A stretch of 63,947 nucleotides of DNA, filler included, from Choristocarpus tenellus KU-1152 (taxonomy: Eukaryota; Protista; Phaeophyceae): NCBI GenBank assembly GCA_964200185.2. It is 11 parts of 11 records of this genome, joined end to end, with 100 filler letters (N's around TTAATTAATTAA, not from the genome) between each part and the next. Parts side by side here need not be neighbours in the genome. Positions count along the whole stretch, not along the records: positions 37,315 to 42,168 come from CAXNAD020012781.1; positions 42,269 to 45,865 come from CAXNAD020019045.1; positions 45,966 to 53,741 come from CAXNAD020005598.1; positions 53,842 to 60,421 come from CAXNAD020007824.1; 7 more parts are not named here. One strand, given 5' to 3'. Made by a program: the position numbers and the translations under genes. Positions 40,378-53,874 of the stretch are shown here, in pieces; position 1 is the first letter of the stretch; every line of letters begins with the position of its first letter. The notes beneath the pieces are model-generated. The model did no database searches and was not told where the DNA came from. It worked only from the letters and a program-made list of their open reading frames with translations.

Positions 40378-40780
40378 CGTTGATTGACAAACCCAAGCAC
40401 ACTCAACAACTTGGAGCGCGCCAAATTTAAAAGCCTCGAAACCAACTTTGCCCTTATCAGCCCAAGCGACCCCTAGACACTATCCACGATCCAATGTGAT
40501 AGTCTCTTAGTCGTGCAAAGATGGAAGGAAAGAGGTGAGGCGAAGATCGTTGAGGGGAGTAGAGGGGTGTTTGAAGGGAATGTTAAGCAAGGATTTCCAG
40601 CGAGGTGGCGTTTTCTTATTTCAAATTTCGCTACAAAGAAAGTTATTGCAAGGACAGAGGGGGGTTCAGCTCCTTCCAGGAGCTCGAAGTGCAGTTGTAA
40701 TCATTGTGAATTGCCAGTACCATACGGTAAACAAGATTGATTGCGGTGAATGAGGACTGAAGACTTGTTTCGGGGCCATC

Positions 40781-42168
40781 ATGACAACACCTTCAGTGAG
40801 AAGCTTCTCTTGCCTCTGGTCCAAAGACGCCCAACAGAAGAAGCGCAAGAGATGGACTGATGGAGTTCTTCAATGGGATACCTCAAAAGGGATCCTGGCA
40901 GTGTGGACTCAGGTGCGATGTGTTTCGATACCAATATTGGCTTAGTCTTTAGTGCAATGCCGCAGCAGCTGTTCTACCGCCTTTGCTACTTCGGTTCCCG
41001 TCCCACACCTCCACGGGGCTTCCCTCTCCATGCTTTCTATCCGTGTGTTTGTTTTGGTGATCAGGACTGTGCGTGATCCGTCCTTATACTTCACTTTGGT
41101 AGCAGTCCTCTTCATTCGTTCACATGACAACCATTTGCTAGATTTATCAACCCCATTTCACTTGCTTTCTCGACAGGATCCATGTCCCTCCACAATTCCC
41201 AGGACTGGAAAGCCTTTGTGATCCCCCTAACCTCCAATCTGTACCCCTCTGGGGAATCACCCTCCTATCTATTTTGCACTATCTGTAAATCCACCCACCC
41301 ACCTACCCATTCAGCTCAAATAAGTCATACCCCACACACGATACATTGACCCTCTTCAAGGACAAGACTGTTAAGGTCTTCTCAACACGCCTGAAGCCGG
41401 ATGAGGTGTCCTCCGCTTTGATGGAGGACGAGGAAACAAGATTTGGTGGAGTAAGCCTCCAGACTGGGACTGAGATCGGTCCTTTACCCATAGAAAGTCA
41501 CACAGGGGGCTCCACTCGATTTGCTGGTAAGGAACACGTTCCTTTAGAATCCAGGAGCTTCGGACAGGAAATCTTGCACCGTACCTCGAGGCCGAGAGTA
41601 GGTCCAACGATACAACCAGGGATGCCCTGCCGCACCACCAAGGGGAGATTGTACTGTCCATTGTCCACCTTACCGCGTAACACAAGCGAAGTAGAGGTTG
41701 AAAAAACACCCACAGCCGATATGGTTTCTGGGGCCGGAAATATGACAGGAGTTAAACGTGCTGTTGTTGGCTCACTAGGTTTGAAGCGGAGCTCTTTCCG
41801 ACCCGTTGTCCCCAAGATATCTGGCGCAGCTCTTGTACCCTCCCTGCCCAACGTAACCTCCTCGACTCAGTTGACTAAGGGAAACTTTAGTGCAGGAGGC
41901 ATCTGCAGCATATCCAGCACCATCGTCAGTTCAGTTGACAGTACTAGATCTAGGAGCATGACAGAGGGTGAATCAAGATGCATCAGGGGAGACAAGGGTC
42001 TGGGAGGTGGCAGGACAGGAAAATTCAACATTCCCAAACCTTCTTTCTCCAAGAGTGATGGTGGCATGAGTAGTAGTGGGGTCAAACAGGAGAAGAGTAG
42101 TGGGCAAAGCAGAGTCAATGACATGAGCAGGTCCCTCCCTATACCCCATCAGGTATTACCTTCAAAGG
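40781..42168 (+). CDS. DUF2439-domain protein (ZGRF1/Mte1-like N-terminus), 5' part
   Basis: Exon 40781-40912 MTTPSVRSFSCLWSKDAQQKKRKRWTDGVLQW matches the F.CL.....KK.K.W.DG.L pattern. A long Ser/Gly-rich open exon follows from 41315 to the contig end. Confidence 0.65.
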
Positions 42169-42279
42169 NNNNNNNNNNNNNNNNNNNNNNNNNNNNNNNN
42201 NNNNNNNNNNNNTTAATTAATTAANNNNNNNNNNNNNNNNNNNNNNNNNNNNNNNNNNNNNNNNNNNNGGTGTTGTGGT

Positions 42280-42316
<37 letters not shown>

Positions 42317-43385
42317 GGGGGGGGGGGAGGGGGAAAGCAAGAGCAGGGCTTTTTTTTGGTAGTGTGTGAGTGTGCATATAGATGTTTTAGTGTGGTATAC
42401 CTTTTTTTATACCATTTTTAAATGTTGGTGTGTTTGCAGCTATTGTCATTTGTTTCTTTATATGTGTTTGTCGTGTGTGTCATTTGTGTTGATGTTATGA
42501 TGGCCCTCATCTGTACCTTTATTGTACCATACAGTAGTGTTCCTCTTTTTGCTACTGTAAAACACTACACCATTTTTGTTTTGTTTTTCTGGATTACAGA
42601 GGTTAATTCAACACAGTGTTGACAGTAGGGTGTTGATGATGTCACTTTACAGTCTTAACTTCACTTTTTTTTATTTCTAAGATAAGATGGTGTGTTTATG
42701 TATATTTGTTTAATTTTGTATGTTTTCCCGGTGAATAAGTGTTGACCATCATTGATAGGTGTTGATAGCATTTTTTTAATCTAGTCAACAACTATTCAGA
42801 AAACAGGGTTGAGTTCAAATTCTGATCGAGAAGTTGTTTTAAGAAAAAAAAAGATTTTGATAGTAAATTTCAATCTATTGTTTTTAGTTTGTTTTTAGAC
42901 TGGTTTGGGAAAGACAAAACAATAACTGAGATTAGATACCACTTTTTTCAATTCTTGAGAAAGTGTGGTTCAAGGGTTCATTCTGAACGACTCTGTACCG
43001 CTCTGTGGCCCTCCAAAGCACCCGGTGGCCAGAGCATTGGCACTCTAGAGCTTGAGGGCAAACTCTGGGTAGTCTGATTTGTGTATCCTTTTAGCTGTGG
43101 TCTATCCTGTAATGATATTGTCATGCACTTCAACCAACATAGCATCTAGTGTCTCTGGTCAATTAACATAAATATAACAATATTTCTCAGGGTCATTTTT
43201 TTTCAAGGCAAGAGTTGGTATCCTCCAGTGGAGGCTACCATTATGGTGCTTGTTTGTATTGTAGTTCCACTTCTATCTTTTTTTTACTTGAGTTACTCTC
43301 TCTCTCTCTCTCTCTATTGGCTATTGTGTTGCATAGACCACAATATCATGAGTGCTATCTTGCTGTACCCTATTTTGACACACAG

Positions 43386-45322
43386 GTGTACACTGAGGCT
43401 GGAGAGTTGAGGCGTGCACTGTCTTTCTTCAAAGATGTGGTGTCTACCCAGGGGGCCAAGGTGGACTCTGTCTTGTACAACAGCATGATGAGGGCTATGA
43501 TTGATGCCAGGTCTCCTTCCATCGCCATAGAGGTGTGATGAATGATGTAGATACCATAGAGGTCATTCACTTGGTAAGCAGGTGAATGAGTTCTATCCAG
43601 GACTTTTCCCTGGGCCTGGCAAATTTAAAAAGTCCCGTCCACTGGCCGGATCAGTCCCACAATTACGAATCATATCCCGGTCCACCAGGTATTAAACTGG
43701 TCTGTCCACTGGTCGGACTGGTCCCACAATTACTAATCATGTCCCGGTCCACCAGGTATTAAACTGGTCTGTCCACTGGTCGGACTGGTCCCACAATTAC
43801 GAATCATGTCCCGGTCCACCAGGTATTAAACTGGTCCATGTCCAGTAGTCGGACTGGTCCCATAATTACTAATCATGTCTCGGTTCAAGTTCACAAAGCA
43901 TTGAACTTGACCATGTCCACTGAGTATTGTACCAGTCTATACCCACTGGATGGCCAGTCTAACATTCTTCCGTGTGCGAACCATGGCCACCAACCAGGTC
44001 ATTTTCTTTCAGTTCATTTGATCTTTCCATGCAAAAAAAGTATGTGTGTTTAGCATATTGAAATGTGACTGAGTCGCCACACACACAGATCACAAATCAC
44101 ATTAACTAAAGTCACCCAACAATGAATGTGTTTGTGCTAATTTTATCATTTTAATAGTTAAATTGATGAAACAGGAATCAATACAGAACTGCCACTGTGT
44201 ATAGTATATTTTATATTTAGAGTACTTAGGGTTAGGGTTTAGGATACAAGATTCAAGTAGAGTGAATTAGGGAGGCATGGCCATGACCTCACCAACCTGG
44301 GTGTAAAATAAATGTTACCTGACTGGCCATGTGCAACCAAGTTCAAACCTGGTCAAGTCCATGGCCATCACTTACTCAACATGATCGTTTTGTGGACCGG
44401 TGCAGTGAAAAGCCCTGGTTCTGTCCTGTGGGGCAGGGCGGATGAGAGATGTGTGTTGATATTAGTACAATACTCCGGAGTAGTAGCATTGGTAGTTGGT
44501 ATGTTAGCAGGCGTTTGATGGTTGTCAGTGTTGAAGTAATCGTGTGTTATAGGGGAGTTGTGCGTGTTTTACATGGAAATCGTGGTGTTGTATAGTGCTC
44601 TATTTTTTATTTTTCATATCATAGGGCACACACACGATCTTAACCTTCACAAGGTCTTCTTTTTTTTTCAGAGGGTTGCGGACGTGGAATGAATGATAGG
44701 CCAATGATTATTTGACCAATGATAGGCGAGAATGTGATAACTATGACCAATGATTGACCTTTGTTACTATTAGTACCCTTGATGCTGTGGTAAGGTGTAG
44801 CTTCACCCATTGACTGCCGATTTCTTGTCTTCATGGGGTTCTTTGTCCAATCATCCTTGTCCTGTACACCTCCCAAGTGCTGGTCTAGCGATCATGCCCC
44901 CAAGATGGGATAGGACCATCCACTTGTGTTAGTATTTTTTTGTAATTTGGAAATATTGTGTTGGCATACCCTCTGATGTACCCTTTGTTTTCAAAATTCT
45001 CAATGTTCAAGAAAAAGGTGTATCTGTTTTCCATACATTGATAGTGAGTGTGGGTTGTGCTTCACCACTCCAGAACCCTAAGAAAAAAAAAATACATACA
45101 TACATACATCTATTTCAATTGTTTGTTACCCAGTCTTCTTGTAGCTCTCTTGCTGCAAACATGACACACAACCTTCATTGTCTACTATACTTTTATGGTT
45201 CCGGACAGGTCTTTGAGGATATGTTGGATCAAGGAGTCAGGGCTGACAGGGTTACCTACGCCAATGCACTTCTGGCTGCTGAACAGTGCGAGCTTGCTGG
45301 TTTTGCCTTTGACCTGTACAAG
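43386..45322 (+). CDS. Pentatricopeptide repeat (PPR) protein, two internal exons
   Basis: Exons ~43386-43532 (ALSFFKDVV..KVDSVLYNSMMRAM) and ~45209-45322 (VFEDMLDQGVRADRVTYANALLAA) join in phase 0. Confidence 0.85.
43598..44417. mobile_element. Non-autonomous hAT-like element in a PPR intron
   Basis: TIRs CAGGACTTTTCCCTG / CAGTGAAAAGCCCTG; 8-bp flanks GTTCTATC / GTTCTGTC (7 of 8 match). Confidence 0.75.
43637..43885. repeat. 67-bp tandem repeat, about 3.7 copies, inside the hAT-like element
   Basis: GTCCACTGGTCGGACTGGTCCCACAATTAC...AAACTGGTCT units start at 43637, 43704, 43771 and ~43840. Confidence 0.95.
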
Positions 45323-47024
45323 GTATGTGGTAAGATGGCATGTGTATGTGGTGGGGGTTAGGGTTAGGGTTAGTAGCATTACAAAGTATAATTTGTTACT
45401 TTTTACATATTTTTGGTTTTTGTGTGTCTTGCATGAACCAATCAAATCCTCTCCTGGGAGGGCGTGTGTGCATATTGATTTTTTTAACATTTTTATTATT
45501 ATTGTTATTGTTAATGCTTTTTCTGTTGTTGCCAATCAACCAATACTCTCACAAAGAGGTCTGAAAGGAGAACAGGGATATGGTCATTCTGCAGTGTGGT
45601 ACAGAGTATTTTGTGGGAGTTTAACAAACTTGAGGCATATTTTTGCAATTCTTTATGATTAAAAGGATGTGTGAGTGTGGTCATGGTCATAGAAAGATTT
45701 GTACGTTACACTCCAGGTAATAACAATAATATGTATTATTATTAACTATATGTAGTGTTTAGTATATTGATGCCGTGTGATACAAGGTATTTGTGTCGTG
45801 TCTATAGCGTACCCTTCCCCTTCCACTATAAAAAATAAACAAATGCAGTGCAAGTTCCCCCCCCCNNNNNNNNNNNNNNNNNNNNNNNNNNNNNNNNNNN
45901 NNNNNNNNNTTAATTAATTAANNNNNNNNNNNNNNNNNNNNNNNNNNNNNNNNNNNNNNNNNNNNCCCTGCCCTCGAGGACAATGTGGGCCTTATAGGGG
46001 GGGAACCTCATTGCTCCCCCTGGGACTGAGGATGACATCCCCTAAGTGCTGGAGGTTGAGGAGGATATAGAAGAGAATGATGAAGACCAGGGCGATGATG
46101 AAGACTAAGAGGTGGACGGAGATATGACAGCCTGCGTAAAGACTTGAAGAAATAATGAGCCTACATGAGTTTTAAACACTTCAAGGCTTCAATTCTTCAG
46201 CGACTCGAACATGAATGAGCAACGAGGCCTGGAAGGCCAGTCCCGCACAGTAGTAAAATGCAGGGGGTACACATAATTCAGTTCCTGCAATGAGCGGGAT
46301 GCACCAAATATCTGTGATCTCTTTGCTTTTCATTCCTTAAACGCCAGAATACTTCAAAATACTTCGCTGATGCCCCAACAGAAAATGGTGTGCTTCTCAA
46401 GTTCCATATCACTCCCAACAGGACCGCCTATACCAACACAAGTAAGTGTCTTAACATGCAATCCCTGCCAGCATACACGTTCTCATGTAAAACCTTTGAA
46501 ATATCAATGCCTTTCCCAGTGATGTGTAATTTCCATCCCATTCCAGCAAACTCAAAAACACCTGTAATAGCTTCATACCACCGTGCTACCTATCGATTTT
46601 TGTTTATCTTCAGCTGGTGCCATTAGACGACCCTATTCCTCAGCTCTCGACTCATATATTCTTTTTTCGATCTGGCCAAGAATTACAAAAGATGTGGCAA
46701 TAAGCCTACATACTTATTATCGGTAACTCCTTCCATAAAACATATAGTAGTATTTTAACTTTGCTCTACTCAGCATGGTGATGGCCAGAGCACCATGAAA
46801 GTTGACACCATTCCCCGTACAGTACACACACTGCATTCATCCAAAATGCTGTGGACAGAGTAGTATATATTTGAACCATGGGAACACCCACCTTGCGATA
46901 AGTTACAATATGAGTACCAACGAGAGACCCATTCCAACAAAGCAATGGGTAGGGTAGCAAGGATAGAACATTGCAATCAATTTTGGGGTTGAACAAACAA
47001 ACTTTACAGAGCTTGAGCCATATC

Positions 47025-47520
47025 TCACCGTTGTGTCCAGGGGTTGAGGCTATAGTCCGTCTCTCCGGGCATTGCACCCCCGGCACGTAGTTCCAGGCGA
47101 CCCATTGTGGCTACCATGAGGCCGCACAAAGGAAAGTGAGTACTATCTCAACATTGCAGTATTGGTAACAACGAAAGAATTGAGCATCTTAAAAAAAGAT
47201 TAAAATACCCAAATGCCCACACCCTCTAGATTCCAAGATGACCCGAGTCCCACCTGCCCCGAAGTTTCTCATTCGCACAGCTAAATGGTGACGATCGTTG
47301 GCCTCGACTCGGAAACGTGGTGAATCTATATGAACATCAGGTCCACGGACTGACCCATACAGAGACCCAGCCTCCCAACGCACCTCTGCGCCCATCTCTG
47401 TTGAAGATGCTTTTGCCCAACCGTCCGTCGAGCTATCAAATTCCCATGATGCTGGGATAGAACCACGTATAGTGGGGAAATGACGAGAGGAACCCGAAAG
47501 GGTGCACGCCCAGGGCAAGA
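47025..47520 (-). CDS. Exons of an unidentified, probably secreted beta-rich protein
   Basis: Protein-like reading SWEFDSSTDGWAKASSTEMGAEVRWEAGSLYGSVRGPDVHIDSPRF...LAVRMR, followed by a GT donor. Family not recognised. Confidence 0.4.
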
Positions 47521-50500
47521 AGCGAAAGATGACACATTATATGCAGCATGGCCCAAGCGCTCACGTGGCAAAGAAAAAAGATAGGAGCTGACCTGAAGAG
47601 TATGACCTTAAATGTTCGTATGGTAAGATCACAAATGAGAAAGATACGGGGGAACGCCAAATTTGCCAATAATCCTTTCGAAAGAAAGGTCCAACTGTAC
47701 CCTAAGGCACATAATAATTGATCGACAGAACTTCGCCAATGAACAGGATTGAATCGTATTCTCTCGACCAACAAAAGACTAAACAAGACATTCGCTTCTG
47801 GCAGGTCTTGTTTTGCGATTTTCCAGGTGTTGATTACTCTTCTAGCAAGCACAATGTGTTCTCCTAAGTAAAAAAATATCGTGTACTCCTCCTGCCGTAC
47901 CTTCAATTGCATTGTCGCCTGCTGCCAAACACCCACCAACATATAGGGCTAGCACCATCATCAGGCCAAGCCCACATGGCTGATCAAGACATATCCGCAT
48001 CTGGATATAGAACTGAGAACCTTTTTGAATGTTTTGACGAGGAAATGTCAACAGAGTCACCCAGCACTTGGCGACACGTGAACAACGACGATCACTTGAG
48101 GGCGAGGTCGTGTAACTGTTGTTGGAATTTGTCCGATCTCCGACTTTATATATTATGGAGGTGGCAGTCACCTCTTCTCACTGCACGTTCCTTGGAAAAA
48201 ATCTTTTACGCGATGTAGATTTAATCTGATATTCTGTAGATGTTTGAGGGAAAACCAAACTACTTAATATATCATCACAAGGATTGTGGTAAAAATATCA
48301 GTGGTGGTTGTAGTTAATCCAAAAAAGATCTCTCTAAAAAATACTATTTTAATACTAACAACACGACAATCCTCCATCGAAGTTTGGGTCTACAAAGTAT
48401 TGTGAAAACTACTATGTTCCCCAACCACGAAGCACAACAATCTACTTCAATGCGATAAACATACGGTTGGACAACGAAAGAAAAGCTATTTCTCATTATC
48501 CTATCATTATCGCAACGAAAATGGACTGAACGTCACTTCGAGGTCCTAACATATCAACTAACAGCGTTGGGGATCTAGCACAACAGGAGGAAACCTGGAG
48601 GGAAAGCCCCTTCTTTCAACATTTGACCTGATGACAAATAATGTGCGATTGTGACTTTTTGTAGATGATGTTGTGCTGGGGTGATTCATGGCACTCACTC
48701 ACTCTCCATTTAACTGTAAAAGTTCAAGAGAAAGGTCCTGTATGAAATGTCATACTCATGTCAAAATAGAGTACTGTCGTGGAAGGACTCTACGCCTCTC
48801 GGAACAATGAACACAAAAAATATTGACATAAAAATAGAACGTTTCATAATCACATCTTGCCTCTTGGAAGGGATGATATGAATAACATCGAGAGAGTAAA
48901 ATAATAAAAACATGAATAACATTCCAAAGGTGTCATACACAATATTACCAATACTACTAACTCCAATATTAACTCCAATTCTTACCATTCCACCAAGTTG
49001 TGATGCATGGATTTATCCATCTACTACGTAGTATTCCAAGTATGTACTCTTACACCTCAATGTTGCAGGTAACATTCAACATATTATTATTCCCTCCAAC
49101 ATTGTACAGATGTCTCAGGGAAAAACCAAACTTATATCACGAGGACAGCTGTTAAAGTAACAGGTAAGGCCAAGGCCAGCCTCCAACCCCCACACTACAG
49201 GTAATTTGTATTACCCCATCATGCTCCTTTTCCTACAACACACGATAACCAAGTACGAGTGTCCCCAAAATGTTTTCACCTCCAACTGGGCCTTTAACAG
49301 CCGGGGGGCCTTTATGCTCACCACAAACTCATTCCAGTCGGTTGTTAGGTCTGTCACCCATCCTGCCAAAATGCTGACGATTTTATATTTGGTACCCTGA
49401 TGACAATGATGCATGTGTCAGAATTTTCTAGTGGTGGTGATTGCGGCATGATGACAACAATTATAAATAAATGCACTTCACACCCATGGTGGGGACAGGT
49501 AAGAGGTGAGGGTGTTTTGGTACTTTCATATATTCTCTTCTCACATACAGTTTCTCTATCATTCCTCGTTTTGTCATTGTATTCTTCTTTGCATTTTGCT
49601 CCTCCAATCTTTCTTGGACTCCCTTCCTCACTACTACGACTCCGACCATGTTGTACGATGATTCTTTCTGCCCCACCATGACAACATCTGTCCACCCCCT
49701 ACCTACAAGTTTTGGGAGAATCATCGATCGCAGCATCAAGCAGGTACACGCACATTTTTATCATTCAGTATGTCTTATCACTTTTCGAAATATACCTTTC
49801 CACCATCTTCGAAAATAACAAATAGGACCATCAAACTTCTTTTTCAAGTACTATATTGATGGTTGCTGTTATGTACTCCATCTATCTTCTTACCCTTCTT
49901 ACGTGTGTCTAGGTGCATGCCAAACACTCGAAGATTATTGTTGGAAACATTTCCTAGATGACTGTTTTAAATGGACTGAGGGAGTATGTACTCTTCTTAC
50001 CTTCTGGACAATCTGACGACAAAGGAGGGAGCCCAAAAATCGTATCAACTTACCCTTGCTCAATCACCAAGGGCATTCAGGCTTGGCTTGAGCGTGTGCT
50101 GCATGGACAAAGGGAATACCGTGCAACCAGTTGCCCACTAATTAGTTAGCCAGATCCACTCGTGAATACTACAACCAGGCAGGGGCATACCTACCTACCA
50201 GTACCAACGCTGACAATGGCAGCAGAGACCGTCCTCTGCAAGAATATTATCATCTGGGTCATCATGATCATAGCATAATCCAGATGGATCTTACAAAAAA
50301 ATAATGAACTAGTGACGCAAAATATTTTGGGTACAAAAATTGCCCTGGAAGGCATATCGTTTTATTTAAATAAATAACGATTTGAGCATATTATGGGAAA
50401 CTTTTGTGTGTGTGTGTTTCGCTGACACCTAGGCAAGGTCCATCAGAACCGCAGACCATTTTACCTGAACTTTACCACCAGCATTGCATCACGGTCACTG

Positions 50501-51231
50501 AATGCACAACAAGCTGCAACAACACACCAGTGGCAATGTTCTGAGAACTCTCATCTAACCCTTTCTCCCAACAGAACAAAGCACACAGCAGACTCTCTTC
50601 AGGTGCTCACCCTGACTGTATCACAGTTGCCACTGCCTCTAAGTTGTCAAGCACTCCCCATCGATGACATAGAGCTCTAATTTGACAAAGGGGTCTAAAA
50701 AAAGTTGAAGAAAAACATAATTCACAACGGCTGTCTCCACAGGGTTTACTATGGAATAGGCGTTACCCCATATAAATCCTTTCCACCCCTACAACATGCT
50801 GTCAAAACAACAGTCAGGAAGAAAGGGCACAACAAAGGATTTCAGATGATAGGCTGAGAAGAACAGCCAAACACAGAGAGAGCGAGAGACATACAAACAA
50901 AGAAAAAGATTGATGTGTGCAACATTACCTCACGGGCAGGGTGTATCACTATTGCATATCAATAGTTTCAGCTTCAGTAATTTGCAGACGCTCAAAGCTG
51001 TATCACACACAGTGCCTCAAGTGCTAGACATCTCTACAAGAATGACCACCATTTGTTACAAGGAACAGGAACCTCGCGGACCTCGCTGCAAGAGATCTCT
51101 TTTTCTTCACAGCCAACCCACCAAACCACCACGAGGAGGGGGGTAGTAGACAGCAAAAATAGCCCCATGGGACAGGAGATACTTCATAGCATCAGCCTGT
51201 GAAACCTTGAGGGATAAATACAACCACTCCA

Positions 51232-51384
51232 TCACGGCAGGGTGTCCTTGAGAAAGGCTTTGACATCCTCATAGATGACGTCAGACCTATCGCCCTTGAA
51301 GTTGCATAGAAGTCCCAGGGAGCCGTAGTGGTCCAGTAGCGGTCTTGTCATCTTCTCGTACTTAGAAAGTCGCATCTCCACCAC
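51232..51384 (-). CDS. Adenylate kinase (AK3-like) last exon
   Basis: VVEMRLSKYEKMTRPLLDHY...FKGDRSDVIY..* after a CAG acceptor. Confidence 0.8.
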   Translation of the reverse strand: MVEMRLSKYEKMTRPLLDHYGSLGLLCNFKGDRSDVIYEDVKAFLKDTLP

Positions 51385-52168
51385 CTGATTGTTGGTGACA
51401 ATAACATCCGAGATCATGAGATAGGCCACACAGAATCCACGAAGGACAGGAATAGATAGATGAGAGGAAAGTATCATACAGCACAGGCAGTTTCAGTAAC
51501 TTTTGAGATCACGCACACGTGCAGATAGAGAGGGAAATATATACACGTGTGTGTGTGTGTGTGTGTCAACACTAATAATAATACTAAAAAATACTATGAA
51601 CATTAATAATGGTAATAATAATATTAATAGTAATAGCTCTCAACATCTGTAGAGCCTTCAAATTGTCAGGACATCGTCCTCTAATTGCAAACTCAAATAG
51701 ATGGAGTTGATAAGTCGAACACTCTGCAATAAGGTACAGCAATGTTATTATTAACTGTCACTTTTAGGGCCGCTTCTGTCTCGCCGCTTAGACACACGCC
51801 TTCCTATCAACCAATTAAATGAACTCGCAGAGCTCTTAGACATGGAATGTTTCAGACAACGGAGATAGTTCACACCAAACTTCAGTGCAAAGAGAGCTTC
51901 AAGAACACAAAAAAACAATAATATACCAATTTCAATGTTTGCGTGCTGTGCCTTCTTACGTTCATTTTTTATTTTTTGCAATACCCGATGTGGGGGGGGT
52001 TGGGTCAGGTTTTTTCTACTTGGACGTTCTTCCTCTTTTACTGGAGAACCGGTAATAAATTTCAATTTGTGCGAAATTTCAACTTGTAAAGAAATTTCTT
52101 GCTCCCTTCTATATTTATTTGTTCTGTGTCCTTCATCTCTCTTCAAATTCATTCTTGCGCGTGGTGCA

Positions 52169-52345
52169 CCCTAACCCTAACCCTAACCCCGATTAGTATA
52201 GTCATCAGAAATTACACCTTGCATTTCACGGGAATATGGAACGGAACTCCAACATTAGAACACGCAACGCCAACCTTGGTTTATCGGTAGGGGAACAGAC
52301 AGACGGACAGACGGACGGACGGACCTTAGACGAAAAAATATATAT
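52169..52345. repeat. (CCCTAA)3 followed by a (GACA/GACG)n tract; possible Helentron/DINE-like element end
   Basis: CCCTAACCCTAACCCTAACCC ... CAGACAGACGGACAGACGGACGGACGGAC. Confidence 0.4.
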
Positions 52346-53435
52346 ATTCCATCATATTAAAAAAAATAAAAAAATCCCTACGTTTAAAAAAAAACATTCG
52401 AGAAAAAACCATACTTTTTTTTTTTTTTATAAAACAGTTGACAAATTTCCCGGCGCATAGATAAGAAAGCTTCTTTCTTTTTTTCCCCTGTTTTTTTTTT
52501 CTACACATATTGACATGAATCGACACTCAAATCTTGACGGTCATTCTCTCAAACTCAATAGATGATCACGGGTCAGCTTTTGTCTCCGCCCTCGAGCGAG
52601 CAATCAAACTCAATCCCATTATTTATCGCCTGTAGCCAGATCAGCCGGTGACAGTGTTGACAAGGTAGTACTACCAGGTGGGTGTGGTTCCCTTTACCAC
52701 GGAAGAAGGCATTGTGTACACCTTTCTTTACTTACGCACGCACCTGCCACATGAGCAAGAGCTATGCATGTCCAGCTGTAGGGTGGAAAAAAGCATTGTG
52801 GGTAAAAAAAAAGAGGCTTTATTTTTATTTTTTAATTGGGAAAACCTTTCAACCTTATTTTTTTTATTAGTCAAACCGTGCCCCGCCAACTGACGTCGGA
52901 AATTTCTTGGAAATTTCCCGCCTTTCAACCCACTTAGAAATCGGCGATCGGCAGAGCGGTACGGTGTTAGACATTTTACCCCCGAAAAAAGGTACACAAG
53001 AATTTCCTTCCGCGTAACAATGTCAATACATTTTTTTCTTAATCAAACCGTATCCCCCCCCGCCAACCACTAAAGCAAAACCCTTCCTGTGGAACACAAG
53101 AGTGTGAGAAAAAAGAACCTTCATGATAATGATAATAATAATAATGATAATAATAATAACCTTCAGCTCACCAATAATTCCCGCTTTTGCGAGGACAACA
53201 AACAGTTAACAGCCGTAGGTGCAAACGCCTTTCGAATGCACGGAAAAATAAAAATAAAAATAAGGTGCTACTGCTGTGAAACCAAGTGCAGCTAACTCAA
53301 GAACATAGTGCAGTTGTGCAGAGCGATTGACAAGGTGTGGTAACAAGATCACCAGCCTGCAGTATATGGCAGAGGTGCATAACAGTATCCGTGCCATCAC
53401 TCAACCACATTTCCAACACGTCCCGGCTTGTCCGT

Positions 53436-53571
53436 TCTATCTATTTGTATTTCTACTTCTATTTGTATTTGTATTTCTACTTCTATTTGTATTTGTATTT
53501 GTATTTCTACTTCTATTTGTATTTGTATTTCTACTTCAATATGTATTTGTATTTCTACTTCTATGTCTATT

Positions 53572-53610
<39 letters not shown>
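53436..53610. repeat. Compound microsatellite (ATTTGT/ATTTCT/ACTTCT)n plus (CT)n
   Basis: Directly visible; explains the spurious ORFs at 53327-53793. Confidence 0.95.
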
Positions 53611-53613
<3 letters not shown>

Positions 53614-53841
53614 CTCATGATTGTGTGCACAAGCATGTACACACACGCGCGCGCGCGCAAAAGCCAACATGTCAAAGGGTCCCCCACAATACCCCCCCCA
53701 ACCACAACAGAGACGCCTCATACACTACAAAAAAATATCGCNNNNNNNNNNNNNNNNNNNNNNNNNNNNNNNNNNNNNNNNNNNNTTAATTAATTAANNN
53801 NNNNNNNNNNNNNNNNNNNNNNNNNNNNNNNNNNNNNNNNN

Positions 53842-53874
<33 letters not shown>

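Noticed and set aside
42279-42333. Poly-G runs (also 53842-53905) as G-quadruplex elements
   Set aside because: They lie at contig ends and may be sequencing or assembly artefacts.
43637-43885. CRISPR-like array
   Set aside because: Whole units are repeated with no unique spacers, the context is a eukaryotic intron, and there are no cas genes.
53327-53793. Repetitive ORFs (EIQIQIEV, YLYFYF)
   Set aside because: Microsatellite translations.
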